Shown: one piece after another, positions 38,824 to 48,890 of the stretch
Position numbering within the stretch: the stretch's first letter is position 1
Layout: each line of letters opens with the position of its first letter
Source of the DNA: Syntrophales bacterium
Lineage (GTDB): Bacteria > Desulfobacterota > Syntrophia > Syntrophales > UBA2210
Assembly: GCA_963666365.2 (NCBI GenBank)
Contig: CAXXNF010000001.1
Span: forward strand, 800,001 to 864,000
Length of the DNA stretch: 64,000 bases
Reading direction: 5' to 3'
Notes under the pieces: model-generated
The model's database searches: none
Seen by the model: the letters and a program-made list of their open reading frames with translations, nothing else
Told to the model about the DNA's origin: nothing
Position numbers and translations under genes: made by a program

Positions 38824-40017
38824 CTACGCCCGGGCCATCAGGTACTGTACGGCCTTGTCGAGGCCGTCGAGGGTAAGTTCGAACATGGGGAATACGTTTC
38901 GTATTGCCTTGGTGGTCCAGACATATTCCCATTCGTAGGCGGGGCAGGGATTCAGCCAGACCGAATGGGGGAATGAATCGGCAATAAACCTCAGGTTTTC
39001 AATACTGGGCCTGCGGCCGCTGGTGCCGAAATAGATCGACCCGCCTTTCGATACCAGCTCGTACTGGGCCATACTGGCATCCCCTACTATGACAATTCGT
39101 GTTTCCGGATCTTTCACGGCAAAGTCGAGAACCGACTCGGGCCGTCTTCGTCGGGGCGGATCGAGCCACACCTCGTCATAGACGGTGTTGTGAAAGTAAT
39201 AGGTTGTCAGATCCTTGAACTGATTGCGTGCATAGTCGAAAAGGGTCTTCACGATATGCACGTAGGGATCCATGGACCATCCTCCGTTATCGATCATGAG
39301 GATGACCTTCAGGCGGTCGGCCAGGCGGCGGTCAAAGACGATTTCTATTTCCCCGGCATTGCGCATGGTTTCATAAATCGTTTTATCCACATTGACCATG
39401 TCCTTTGGTCCGGCCGGCACCATGCGTCGAAGTCTTTTGAGCGCCTCCCCCATCTGAGACTGGGTCAGGGGACCGTCCTGGGCGTAATCTTTGTAACGGC
39501 GGTCCATGGCGACCTTGACCGCCGATTTGCTGCGTGATTCTCCGCCCACCCTCATGCCGCTGGGATTCACACCGGAATGGCCCACCGGCGAGTATCCCTC
39601 GGTGCCGATCCACTTCGACCCTCCATGATGCGCCTCGTCCTGATCCTTCAGTCGATCGAGAAAATACTGCACCACTTCCTCGGGCGTCATCTTGGCCAGC
39701 TGCTCTTTCGTAATGCCCAGGGCCTGCGCCACCTCTTCCGGATTTTTCAACCACTCCGCAAGAAGCGCCCGCGTCATTTCATCAAGTTCGTAATCGGTAA
39801 GCTCGGGCAGCTCCTGTCCCTTGAAATAGTGGGCAAAGACCTGATCGTAGAGATCGAAGTACCGTTCGCTCTTTATCAGGATCGAGCGGGCCACGGAATA
39901 GAAATCGTCGATTGACAGCACGAGACCCTTGTGCATGGCACGGTGAAGCCTCAAAAACGAGGTGGGCGATACGGGAATGCCGCGATCTTTCAGGGTATAG
40001 AAAAATGAGGAAAACAC
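38824..40017 (-). CDS. VWA-domain (CoxE-like) partner of MoxR ATPase
   Basis: HHGGSKWIGTEGYSPVGH, DNGGWSMDP, YYFHN, VGDASM, WLNP; start GTG 40017. Confidence 0.88.
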   Translation of the reverse strand: MFSSFFYTLKDRGIPVSPTSFLRLHRAMHKGLVLSIDDFYSVARSILIKSERYFDLYDQVFAHYFKGQELPELTDYELDEMTRALLAEWLKNPEEVAQALGITKEQLAKMTPEEVVQYFLDRLKDQDEAHHGGSKWIGTEGYSPVGHSGVNPSGMRVGGESRSKSAVKVAMDRRYKDYAQDGPLTQSQMGEALKRLRRMVPAGPKDMVNVDKTIYETMRNAGEIEIVFDRRLADRLKVILMIDNGGWSMDPYVHIVKTLFDYARNQFKDLTTYYFHNTVYDEVWLDPPRRRRPESVLDFAVKDPETRIVIVGDASMAQYELVSKGGSIYFGTSGRRPSIENLRFIADSFPHSVWLNPCPAYEWEYVWTTKAIRNVFPMFELTLDGLDKAVQYLMARA

Positions 40018-40033
40018 AATAAATTCCTGTTTA

Positions 40034-40879
40034 TTACGTCCTGCCGACAAGGCGCGACGCCATTTTCAGATCGGGACTCTTTTTGAAGAGCACCCCGAGG
40101 AAGGGGATATCGCCCCGTTTCAGCGATGACACTTGAAAATGAGGATCAGCCTTGAGCGCCCTGACCCAATTAATAAGTTCCCGCGTGGCAGGCTTCTTTT
40201 CTATCCCCTCAAGCTGTCGCAATCGATAGAAGGTGCTGATGCAGGCGCTCATCATCTCCTCTTCCAGCCTGGGAAAGTGCACATTTATTATCTGCTGCAT
40301 CATGTCCGCATCGGGGAAGGCAATGTGATGAAAATTACATCGTCCCAGAAAGGGATCGGAAAGATCCTTTTTGGCATTCGAGGTAATAATGACGACGGGG
40401 CGGTTCTTAGCCTTGACGGTTTTGTCGACCTCCATAATGTCGAACTGCATCTGATCCAGGATGTCCAGCATGTCATCCTGAAAGTCGGTATCGGCTTTGT
40501 CAATCTCATCGATCAGGAGGACTGTTCTCTCGTCGGCGTTAAAGGCCTGCCCGATCTTCCCCATCCTGATGTATTCCTCTATATTGCTCACATCCCTGCT
40601 CGAATCGCCGAAACGGCTGTCGTTGAGGCGTGTCAGCGTATCGTACTGATAGAGGGCTTCTATCAGCTTCATGCTCGATTTCACGTTGAGCACGATCAGG
40701 GGCATGGCCAGATTTTCGGCAATGGCATGGGCAAGCATCGTCTTTCCCGTGCCCGGCTCCCCTTTCAACAGAAGCGGCATCTCCAACGCCATGGACACAT
40801 TGACGATTTTCGCCAGTTCACTGTCAAGGACATACTTTGCCGCCCCTTTAAATTTGTTAAATGATTCCTTCTCTTTCAT
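40034..40879 (-). CDS. MoxR-family AAA+ ATPase
   Basis: GEPGTGKT, LLIDEIDKAD, ITSN, KKPATRELINW. Confidence 0.93.
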   Translation of the reverse strand: MKEKESFNKFKGAAKYVLDSELAKIVNVSMALEMPLLLKGEPGTGKTMLAHAIAENLAMPLIVLNVKSSMKLIEALYQYDTLTRLNDSRFGDSSRDVSNIEEYIRMGKIGQAFNADERTVLLIDEIDKADTDFQDDMLDILDQMQFDIMEVDKTVKAKNRPVVIITSNAKKDLSDPFLGRCNFHHIAFPDADMMQQIINVHFPRLEEEMMSACISTFYRLRQLEGIEKKPATRELINWVRALKADPHFQVSSLKRGDIPFLGVLFKKSPDLKMASRLVGRT

Positions 40880-40987
40880 TCCTTTTACATCTCCAATTGC
40901 GGTACGCTCCCGCACATTGAGAAACGCGGAGGAGGAAGTATTCCCCCTCCCGCCCCTCCGTTTGTGGAGTGCACCTTTTAATTTCCC

Positions 40988-42238
40988 TTACATCATTTCA
41001 AGCGCACAGGCCATGGATACCCCGCCGCCGCCGCATAACGTGGCGAGCCCCAACGTCTTTCCCTGTTTTTTCATCGCATGCAGCAGTGTCACCATGATCC
41101 GGCAGCCCGTGGCTCCCACGGGGTGCCCCAGCCCGATGCCCGATCCGTTGATATTGGTTATTTCTCTATTCAACCCCAGCTCCTTCTCACAGCCCAGGTA
41201 CTGACCGGCAAAGGCCTCATTCAATTCGATCAGTTCAAAGTCGTTGAGGGCAATACCCGATTTTTTCATCAGATCCCTCACTGCCGGAACGGGCCCCAAT
41301 CCCATGACTGAGGGATGCACCCCTCCATATCCGACGGCCTTGATTCGCGCAATAGGCGCGATTCCCAGTTCACGCGCCTTTTCCGCCGACATGATGACCA
41401 TGCCCGCCGATCCGTCATTGATTCCGGAGGCGTTCCCCGCCGTCACTTTCCCGATCTTCGGCACAAAGGCCGGGGGAAGTTTTTTCAGATCATCCATGGT
41501 CAAGCCGGGCCTGAAATGTTCATCCTTATCAAAAATCACCGGCGGCTTGTTCTTTTTGGAAGGAAGCTCGATGGGAACGATCTCCTCGGCGAAACTGCCA
41601 TCCTTTGTGGCCCGTTCCACATTATTGTGACTTCGAAGCGCGACCTCATCCATTTCTTCGCGGCTGATATCCATCATCTGGGCGATGAGTTCCGCCGTTT
41701 GTCCCATTATGTAGGGCTTACCCTTGAAAAGCTCGAGGGGCATCCCTTCCTTGACGGGTCCGTCTTCCGGATGGGGAATGATGTGCGAACCCGCGTGAAG
41801 CGCGTGAATGAGCCAGTCCACGAGGACGTTGTCCTGCAGACGGCAGCCCCAGCGTGCGCCCGGTGCGGTGTAGGGCACGCCGGACATATGTTCGACTCCT
41901 CCGGCCAGGATTATTTCCGCGAGCCCCGCTTTAATCATCGCCAGGCCCGACACCACGGCCTCCATTGCCGAAATACAGACCCTGTTGACTGTCACCGCCG
42001 GCACCGTATCCGGAATATCGGCAAGAAGGGCCGACACACGGGCCACGTTAAGGGCGTCCACCGGTTCGAGGCAGCATCCGTACCGGACGTCATCGATCAT
42101 ATCGGGTGAAATACCGGCCCTCCTGATCGCCTCCCTCATGGTTACACTCCCGATAAACGCTCCATTGCTGTCCCTGAGCGTCCCTCCGAATGTCCCTATC
42201 GCCGTGCGACAGGCCGAAACAATGACTACGTCCTTCAT
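40988..42238 (-). CDS. Acetyl-CoA C-acyltransferase (thiolase)
   Basis: NRVCISA, NASGINDG, NEAFA, GHPVGATG, LCGGGG. Confidence 0.96.
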   Translation of the reverse strand: MKDVVIVSACRTAIGTFGGTLRDSNGAFIGSVTMREAIRRAGISPDMIDDVRYGCCLEPVDALNVARVSALLADIPDTVPAVTVNRVCISAMEAVVSGLAMIKAGLAEIILAGGVEHMSGVPYTAPGARWGCRLQDNVLVDWLIHALHAGSHIIPHPEDGPVKEGMPLELFKGKPYIMGQTAELIAQMMDISREEMDEVALRSHNNVERATKDGSFAEEIVPIELPSKKNKPPVIFDKDEHFRPGLTMDDLKKLPPAFVPKIGKVTAGNASGINDGSAGMVIMSAEKARELGIAPIARIKAVGYGGVHPSVMGLGPVPAVRDLMKKSGIALNDFELIELNEAFAGQYLGCEKELGLNREITNINGSGIGLGHPVGATGCRIMVTLLHAMKKQGKTLGLATLCGGGGVSMACALEMM

Positions 42239-42370
42239 CTCATCTCTCCTGTTTTCGTGGAATATGGCGTTACCGATTCACGCTCCTGCTCATAGCAGAA
42301 GTTTGTGAAAAAAGAAAGGTAAATGACACATTATCCCCGCTGCAGGGCATGTCGCCTTCTTCTTTCCCGT

Positions 42371-43831
42371 TCACAAAAGAGTAGTGGAATGTATGCCGCC
42401 ACGCCTTTTCCAGGCGATAAGCCGGGCCATGGCAAGAGCCGCCTTTTCAAGTGAGTGAAACACGGGAAGTCCTGCCGTTACGAAGGCTTCCTGCACGGCA
42501 AACATCTCCTGGGCGCCGGCTCTGTCAGAAGGCGGACCCAGTGCGAGCATCACCGGTTTTTTCGTCTCCTCATGGGCACTCCGCAGGGCCTCCGCGGCCG
42601 GTTCCAGAAAGAATGGTGAAGAGTAAATCTCCATGCCCCATCTCGTCACCGGATGAAACCCCATGTGATAGAGCATCATATCATTGTCCGGCGACCGGCC
42701 CAGGGCGGTCACGACCCGCCCAATAATATCGGGATGCACTATATTGGTGGCATCGAGGGGATTTGCAAAAATTCCCCCGGCCGCGGGGAGATACTTCGCC
42801 AGATCCTTTCGCGTTTCAACGGAAAGAGGGGGCAGATGCAGACCCGCCCGCTCCATACGGTCGCTGGCCTCCACGCTGGGGCTGCCTCCCAGACCGACCA
42901 CGGCGATGCGGCGATCATGAGGATAGGGCACGGCAAAACTCAGGGCAACCAGCACATCGACCATTTCCCGTATGTCATCTACCGCGATGACATTGACCTG
43001 TCGGCAGAGCGCGTTGAATATCCGGACCGAGGAGGTCATGCTGGCCGTATGGCTCATGGCCGCCCTCAGGCCGGCGTCGCTGACGCCGCCCTTATACACC
43101 ACCAGGGGTTTCTTCCCGGCCGCCTTTGCCAGAACTTTTTCAAAACGGGCGCCGTCCCTTACCCCTTCTATGTACATGGCGATCACGCGCGTTTCGTCAT
43201 CGTCGGCGAAATATTCAAGCAGTTCCGATTCACCTATATCCAGGGCATTACCGTAACTTACGACTTTACTGAACGCAGCTCCCCGCGCGCCGGCATGGAA
43301 AGGCATATCCTGGGAATGCCCTCCGCTCTGTGAGATAAAGGCGATGCCGCCCGGTTTCATCGGCATGCGGGTCGTCGTGGTCAGGCGTGCCCGGGGCACA
43401 AAAAGGCCGGTGCAGTTGGGTCCGATAATACGAAATCCGCCGGCCCGTGCCTTTTTCAGCATGGCCTCTTCGAGATCGGCGCCCTCTTTTTCACCGCTTT
43501 CCCGAAATCCCGCCGTAAAAAAATGCACCGACATGACGCCTTTGCGGGCGCAATCATCCAGAAGAGAAAGTGTTCTCTCCGCGGGAATGCACACAATCAC
43601 GTGATCCACCGGACCGGGTATGGCAGAAATGGATGGATAACAGGGCAGACCGAAGGCCTCTCGGTAGTTCGGATTCACCGGGTATATGGCGGGAAAGCCG
43701 GCCTCCTTGAGGGAATGAACGGCATAGGCTGCAAAGGTCATCCATTTTTCAGGTGAAACCCCCACAACGGCCACACTGCGGGGATTGAAGATCTGATCCA
43801 AAGTAAATTTCGATTTCGATGTCTCGCCCAT
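42371..43831 (-). CDS. Acyl-CoA synthetase (NDP-forming) alpha-type CoA-binding subunit, no ATP-grasp domain
   Basis: FNPRSVAVVG, IYPVNP, IIGPNCTG, ISQSGG, SHTASM phospho-His, NPLD. Confidence 0.88.
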   Translation of the reverse strand: MGETSKSKFTLDQIFNPRSVAVVGVSPEKWMTFAAYAVHSLKEAGFPAIYPVNPNYREAFGLPCYPSISAIPGPVDHVIVCIPAERTLSLLDDCARKGVMSVHFFTAGFRESGEKEGADLEEAMLKKARAGGFRIIGPNCTGLFVPRARLTTTTRMPMKPGGIAFISQSGGHSQDMPFHAGARGAAFSKVVSYGNALDIGESELLEYFADDDETRVIAMYIEGVRDGARFEKVLAKAAGKKPLVVYKGGVSDAGLRAAMSHTASMTSSVRIFNALCRQVNVIAVDDIREMVDVLVALSFAVPYPHDRRIAVVGLGGSPSVEASDRMERAGLHLPPLSVETRKDLAKYLPAAGGIFANPLDATNIVHPDIIGRVVTALGRSPDNDMMLYHMGFHPVTRWGMEIYSSPFFLEPAAEALRSAHEETKKPVMLALGPPSDRAGAQEMFAVQEAFVTAGLPVFHSLEKAALAMARLIAWKRRGGIHSTTLL

Positions 43832-44033
43832 GAAATACGTTCATACCAGTCCGCCGATAAATTATCAACACCCAATGAGGCGCTGCCCCTCCTTCATCCA
43901 ATTCCACCCGGGTGACTGGCCGAAAATCATTGACAGCACCACCGCACCCCATGTATCCTTTAAACGTAACAGGCATTAAATACATCAATATTGACGAATT
44001 GCCAAAAATTGGTAAGAGCAAAGGAGAAGGATA

Positions 44034-44426
44034 ATGAAACATTTTAAAATAGTCATGGCACTGCTGGTGGCACTGTGCTTCAGCCTCTCTCTCTTCGGGT
44101 GCGGCGGCGGGGTCAGCGAAGAAGAACACGGCAAAGTCGTGCAGGAACTGAATCAGGTCAAGGCCGAATTGAAAGAGGCGAAGGCGAAAATTGAAGAACT
44201 TTCCGGGGGAGGCAAAGCGAGTGCCCTCATTGAAGATAAGCTTCGTGAGGCCCAGCAGAAGGCAGGAGATCTTGCGGCCAAGTTGAAGAACATAACCACG
44301 GAAAACAGCGAGCTTAAGGAAAAAACGGCGCAGTTGAATGCCATGCTCGAAGATCTCAAGGCAAAATTGAAGGAATTCCAGGAAAAAGCGAAGTCGCTGC
44401 CTGCCGATCTCCTTCAGAAGCGGTAG
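44034..44426 (+). CDS. Coiled-coil lipoprotein
   Basis: Lipobox SLFG-C; heptad-rich body; AGGAG RBS. Confidence 0.75.
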   Translation: MKHFKIVMALLVALCFSLSLFGCGGGVSEEEHGKVVQELNQVKAELKEAKAKIEELSGGGKASALIEDKLREAQQKAGDLAAKLKNITTENSELKEKTAQLNAMLEDLKAKLKEFQEKAKSLPADLLQKR

Positions 44427-44475
44427 TGTGATGTATAGAAGCCCGGTCTGTCATGGTGAATTACGTCTTCATGAA

Positions 44476-44603
44476 AGACCTTTGAATACCCCCTTTTCTG
44501 TCATTCCAGGCTTGCCCCGGAATCCAGAACGTACTTGAAAACTGGATACCGGCCTTCGCCGGTATGACGGAGTTGATGATTTTACGAGGTTCCGCAAAGG
44601 TCT
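44476..44603. mobile_element. 128 bp MITE inserted at the GNAT start codon
   Basis: Ends agacctttg...caaaggtct flanked by direct repeat ATGAA (44471-44475, 44604-44608); inverted homologue of 51973-52103. Confidence 0.8.
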
Positions 44604-45455
44604 ATGAATAGGACGCGTGATGTTATAGTGCGCACCATGTCCCGTGATGAGCTCAGCCTCGTCATTGATTGGGCCGCGCAGGAGGGCTGGAATCCGGGCA
44701 TACACGATGCCGAGTGTTTTTATGCGGCCGATCCCCGGGGATTTTTCCTCGCCGAGCGGGAGGGCGTCCCGTCAGGCGCCCTGTCGACGGTAGTCTATGA
44801 CGACTCTTTCGGTTTTGCAGGTTTTTATATTGTGAAACCGGATTTGCGCGGCCGGGGAGTCGGTCACCGATTAGTGCAGCACGCGTCGGCCTACGTGGGA
44901 ACTCGCACCGTGGGCAACGATGCGGTCATCGCACAGCAGGAGACTTACAAAAGCCTTGGATTCCACATGGCCTACCGCAATATCCGCTATCGGGGCATCG
45001 CCTCTTCCGGAGCAGTGCAGGTCCCCGGGGTAACCGATCTTGCCGCTGTCCCTTTCAGCGACCTGATCCGTTATGACCGTCACATGTTCCCCGCCGAACG
45101 CACCCCCTTTTTACGCTGCTGGATCACTCAGCCGAGAGCAACCGCTCTGGGGTTTCTGAAGGATCGGCAGCTCTCGGGGTATGGAGTCATCAGGAAATGT
45201 CGGCAGGGACACAAGATCGGTCCGCTGTTTGCGGATAATGAAGAAATTGCCCACATCCTGTTGCAGTCGCTTGCCGGCACTATCCCGGGAGAGGAATTTT
45301 TTCTGGACATTCCCGAGCCGAATGCCGGCGCCACTGCACTGGCATCGCATTACTACATGGAAAAAGTATTTGAGACCGCGCGGATGTATATGGGCGAGGC
45401 CCCGTCGCTTCCCCTGAATCGGATATTCGGGGTGACCAGCTTTGAGCTGGGATAG
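44604..45455 (+). CDS. GNAT acetyltransferase (YitH-like two-domain)
   Basis: AAQEGWNPG, FYIVKPDLRGRGVG, KIGPLFAD, FETARMY, FGVTSFELG. Confidence 0.9.
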   Translation: MNRTRDVIVRTMSRDELSLVIDWAAQEGWNPGIHDAECFYAADPRGFFLAEREGVPSGALSTVVYDDSFGFAGFYIVKPDLRGRGVGHRLVQHASAYVGTRTVGNDAVIAQQETYKSLGFHMAYRNIRYRGIASSGAVQVPGVTDLAAVPFSDLIRYDRHMFPAERTPFLRCWITQPRATALGFLKDRQLSGYGVIRKCRQGHKIGPLFADNEEIAHILLQSLAGTIPGEEFFLDIPEPNAGATALASHYYMEKVFETARMYMGEAPSLPLNRIFGVTSFELG

Positions 45456-45469
45456 AGTGATGGAAAGGT

Positions 45470-46390
45470 TCAACCGTCTTTTCTTTTGTCCGATCGAAAA
45501 CAGCTCCCCTTGAACTGCTTTGCGTATCGTTTCATTTCCGAGGCCCGCTCCGTAATTTCACCGTAATGAGAAAATGTGGTTGCCCTGCTGGTAGTAATCC
45601 CTATGGAGAGAGTCATAATGTCGAATAATTGCATATCGCCTTGTCGATCCTTCGATTGTATGTATCCCCGCTCCCTGTCGTCGGAATCGTAAAAAGTAGG
45701 AATGAGCGTATCAAAGGCGCCGACAATGTCCTGTGAGGCATCCTCAACCATGGATGTGTCCATGATAAACACAAAATCGTCTCCACCGATATGTCCCACA
45801 AAGCTGTCGTGAGGCTGCCTGTTCTGTACACTGTTTAAAATGAGCCGACCGGTAATTTTAATGACTTCATCGCCATGGCCGAAGCCGTATTTATCGTTGA
45901 AGGGCTTAAAATGATCGATATCGGCATATGCCAGGGCAAAAGCTGCCTTCTCGTCAAGCCTGGCCTGTATCTGTTTGGTGATCGAGATATTGCCCGGCAA
46001 CCTTGTCAGAGGATTCATTTCAACGGTTCTTTCCGCCCTGATTAGACAGAGCGCCACCCGCGCGACAAGCTCCCGTTCCATCTGTGAAACCCGGAGATAA
46101 TCTTCAATCAGCAGTGATTCCCATTGCCTGCAGGCAAAATCTTCCGGCAGAATGGCGAGAACGGGCAATTGGTTGAACAGGGGGTCGTTTTTCAGGGTAT
46201 TGAGTATGGCAACGGTATGAGAGTCATCAGCTTTGATGTCAAGGATAAGGAGTTGCGACATATCAGAGTAAATATGATCAAGGGCGGATTGGATGGAGTG
46301 AAAGGCGACCACATCCGCATGACCCTTCAAGAGACCCTGGACTGTGCGGCGCAACGCCCTTTCCGCCGATATGAGGGTAATATGTTTCAT
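45470..46390 (-). CDS. Degenerate receiver + GGDEF diguanylate cyclase
   Basis: NPLTRLPGN, DIDHFKPFNDKYG, HIGGDDF. Confidence 0.9.
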   Translation of the reverse strand: MKHITLISAERALRRTVQGLLKGHADVVAFHSIQSALDHIYSDMSQLLILDIKADDSHTVAILNTLKNDPLFNQLPVLAILPEDFACRQWESLLIEDYLRVSQMERELVARVALCLIRAERTVEMNPLTRLPGNISITKQIQARLDEKAAFALAYADIDHFKPFNDKYGFGHGDEVIKITGRLILNSVQNRQPHDSFVGHIGGDDFVFIMDTSMVEDASQDIVGAFDTLIPTFYDSDDRERGYIQSKDRQGDMQLFDIMTLSIGITTSRATTFSHYGEITERASEMKRYAKQFKGSCFRSDKRKDG

Positions 46391-47226
46391 GGCGACAGTT
46401 TGTCCTCTGTGCGTTCCATCGCCTCTTCCATTTCCCGTAATGCCTCCCGTATATCCGATTCGGCAATGTCAAGCAATTCATAGGCACGGGGATTAATGAC
46501 GGGAACGGAATCATCGCCGGGGAAGCCGATGCCCCGCGCCCGGACAAGAATGTCCGACAAATGCACAAGGGCCGTTTCCGTCGGCGCAATCCGTGATCGC
46601 AGCGGTTCATGGTGATTCCTTATTATTTCAACCAATTTCATTGGGAAATGCCATTGTTCGGCCAGCCATCCTCCCACGGTGCCGTGGTGTACGGGGAAGC
46701 AGTGCTTTTCTACTTCGTGTACTGTGCCGCCCTTTTCTTCTGCACGACTCATCACTGCTTCATATTCGGAACGGTAGGACTGAATCAGGATAACTTTGCC
46801 TATATCGTGCAGCAAACCGGCCGCATACACTTCCTCCGGTTCCTCTATTTTCTTTTTCTGGGCAAGAATGCGCGCCATGAACGCGCAGGCCAGGGAATGA
46901 TTCCATAATCCTGTCATCGCCGTTTCCATGTATTCCGCCACGGACACCCCGATGAGCAGTCCTTTGATCACATTGAGCCCAAGAAGAACGGTGGCATGAG
47001 AAACCAGAGAGATTCTCCCGGGGAATCCGTACACCGCCGAATTGACCATCTTGAGAATTTTTGTCGTCAGTGCGGGATCACTGGCAATGAACTTGCCGAT
47101 ATCGTTCAGAGATATATTCGGGTTTTCAATGATGCCCGATATGCGCTTGACTGTCTCCGGAATCGTCGGAAGGCTATGGATATTTTCAACAGTCTTCCGC
47201 AAACGTTCAATATTCAGTTCATTCAT
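46387..47226 (-). CDS. HDOD-domain protein
   Basis: LPTIP, DPALTTKILKMVNSAVYG, LWNHS, GLLHDIGK, WHFP, HHEP. Confidence 0.93.
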   Translation of the reverse strand: MNELNIERLRKTVENIHSLPTIPETVKRISGIIENPNISLNDIGKFIASDPALTTKILKMVNSAVYGFPGRISLVSHATVLLGLNVIKGLLIGVSVAEYMETAMTGLWNHSLACAFMARILAQKKKIEEPEEVYAAGLLHDIGKVILIQSYRSEYEAVMSRAEEKGGTVHEVEKHCFPVHHGTVGGWLAEQWHFPMKLVEIIRNHHEPLRSRIAPTETALVHLSDILVRARGIGFPGDDSVPVINPRAYELLDIAESDIREALREMEEAMERTEDKLSP

Positions 47227-47512
47227 GGTAATGCTCGATGTGTTCTCGCACCAATCGCTTGATCAGCCCCATATAGGGTTCGTTTTCTCTGCCTTTGAAT
47301 CTCCGGTCAAGATTGCTGATAAGCGTTTCCCTCGCACTGCCGTCCTCCCCGGGAGCATCAATTGCCACATCGGCGATGTTCATTGCTTGTATCCTGGCAA
47401 TTAATCGATCCGTCAGCTCGGTACCCTGGCCAAGCAGGGTCATCGAATCCTTCACGACCGGTCTCGCCAGTTTCATGCCCGGTTGCAGTTCTTCCGCGGA
47501 TATTCTTTTCAT
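47219..47512 (-). CDS. Small protein resembling the N-terminal module of HD-GYP proteins
   Basis: MKRISAEELQPGMKLARPV...LLGQGTELTDRLI; overlaps HDOD start. Confidence 0.7.
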   Translation of the reverse strand: MKRISAEELQPGMKLARPVVKDSMTLLGQGTELTDRLIARIQAMNIADVAIDAPGEDGSARETLISNLDRRFKGRENEPYMGLIKRLVREHIEHYHE

Positions 47513-47695
47513 TGGCACGGCAGTCCTTCCATAGGCCGGACACATCATGATCCGGGGCAGAGCTCATACTGGAACAGCATGCATAGGTGCATCCATACGT
47601 ATCGGTTCCTTCTTTATCACTATCTTCAACACCACTCAAATGCATTTTCTTCGAATTTGTTTTTTTATCAGATCTGTTTGCGGGCAATCGTCTCT

Positions 47696-48394
47696 CTATT
47701 CGATCACTCCTGTGATGTATACGGGGATCTTGGGACGTATCACGCTGTCGGTTATTATGTAGAGCACATCGGTGTACCGCCCTTTTTCCATTCTCTTGTT
47801 TTTAATCCGTATTATACAGCTTTCCTTATTTTCATCGCATCGTTGAACAATCTCGTAGGTAATAAAGTTCCCTCCTCTGGCTTCTATGCTTTGTATGGTG
47901 AAGGGGTAGTCTTTTCTGGGAATCACTTCGAGTTCCACAGAAACAGGCGTTCCCGCCGGGCCGACCAGATGAACCCGTTCAGGCTTGATTTCTGCAAATT
48001 TTTCGACCGTGCCCGTGACGGTTACTTCTATCCATGGCCTCTGGGAATCATTGGTTTCGATCCGAACACTTTCCCGTATTTTTCTGCCCCCGTATCCGCC
48101 GGTATGTACTTTTACGCCAATGTGTCCTTCCTCACCGGGAAGGATATGCCGCGTACTGGACGCGGCCGTGCATCCTCAGCCGGATTTAATGGAGAGAATC
48201 TCCAGGGGAGCATCTCCCCGATTTATAATAGAAAATTGATGGACAACCTCGATGCCCTCCACGATGGGAAAAAACTCGTACACCGGTTCGGGAAGATAGG
48301 CCTTCGGTCCCCGGGGCGTCGAGTCGGATGAAAACGCGGCAAGGGGAACAAGTATCAGGCACAGAATAGCGCCGATCATACATCGTTTCCGCAT
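47696..48394 (-). CDS. 232 aa exported DUF1573-domain protein with in-frame UGA at codon 73 (probable selenocysteine, U-G-C-T)
   Basis: GGAGG RBS, ATG 48394, signal peptide; FSIINRGDAPLEILSIKSG-TGA(48176-48178)-GCT; frame stays open to the stop at 47696; hairpin directly 3' of the UGA. Confidence 0.82.
48142..48175 (-). promoter_or_regulatory. Putative bacterial SECIS-like hairpin
   Basis: UGA-GGAUGCACG-GCCGCGU-CCAGU-ACGCGGC-AUAUCC: 7 bp upper stem plus GGAU/AUCC lower stem. Confidence 0.55.
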
Positions 48395-48416
48395 GGCAAT
48401 GCCTCCTGTATATCCA

Positions 48417-48887
48417 TTATTCAGAATTGAACTGCCCCGAACGTTCAGGTTTAAAAAACAGCACATATACAGCAACATACAGCGACAGGGCCAGAAAAAA
48501 AATATCGCGCAGCACTGTCCACAGATCCGCCGGATCATTGGCGGGGTCAGTGGAGAAACAGCCGCAACTGATATCGAGGCCGCGCATGAGATTGTATGTC
48601 AAAGCACCGATAAAAATCATGAACAGCCCTGAAGATATGATTGACGATCCCGGCAAACAGATCCCCGAAACCAGACAGAGCCCCACCAGCAACTCCAGCC
48701 AGGGAAGCGTCAGCGCCGCGAGATTGATCAGTTCATCCGGCAAAATCTGATAGTTGTAGACCGCCTGGGCAAAACCCTGCGGATCGATAATTTTTTGTAT
48801 CCCGGCGTAGATGAACACTATGCCCAGCAGCAGGCGGGTTATATGAAATATCCCTGTGCGCATCGCTGCGATCCTTTGTATTTCCAT
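48417..48887 (-). CDS. MauE/DoxX-family redox-associated membrane protein
   Basis: RLLLGIVFIYAGIQKI, LPWLELLVG, RGLDISCGCF, RD. Confidence 0.9.
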   Translation of the reverse strand: MEIQRIAAMRTGIFHITRLLLGIVFIYAGIQKIIDPQGFAQAVYNYQILPDELINLAALTLPWLELLVGLCLVSGICLPGSSIISSGLFMIFIGALTYNLMRGLDISCGCFSTDPANDPADLWTVLRDIFFLALSLYVAVYVLFFKPERSGQFNSE

Positions 48888-48890
48888 GTA

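Noticed and set aside
45470..46390. Hypr-type (cGAMP-forming) GGDEF
   Set aside because: Retains Asp in GHGDEVI where Hypr enzymes have Ser/Thr
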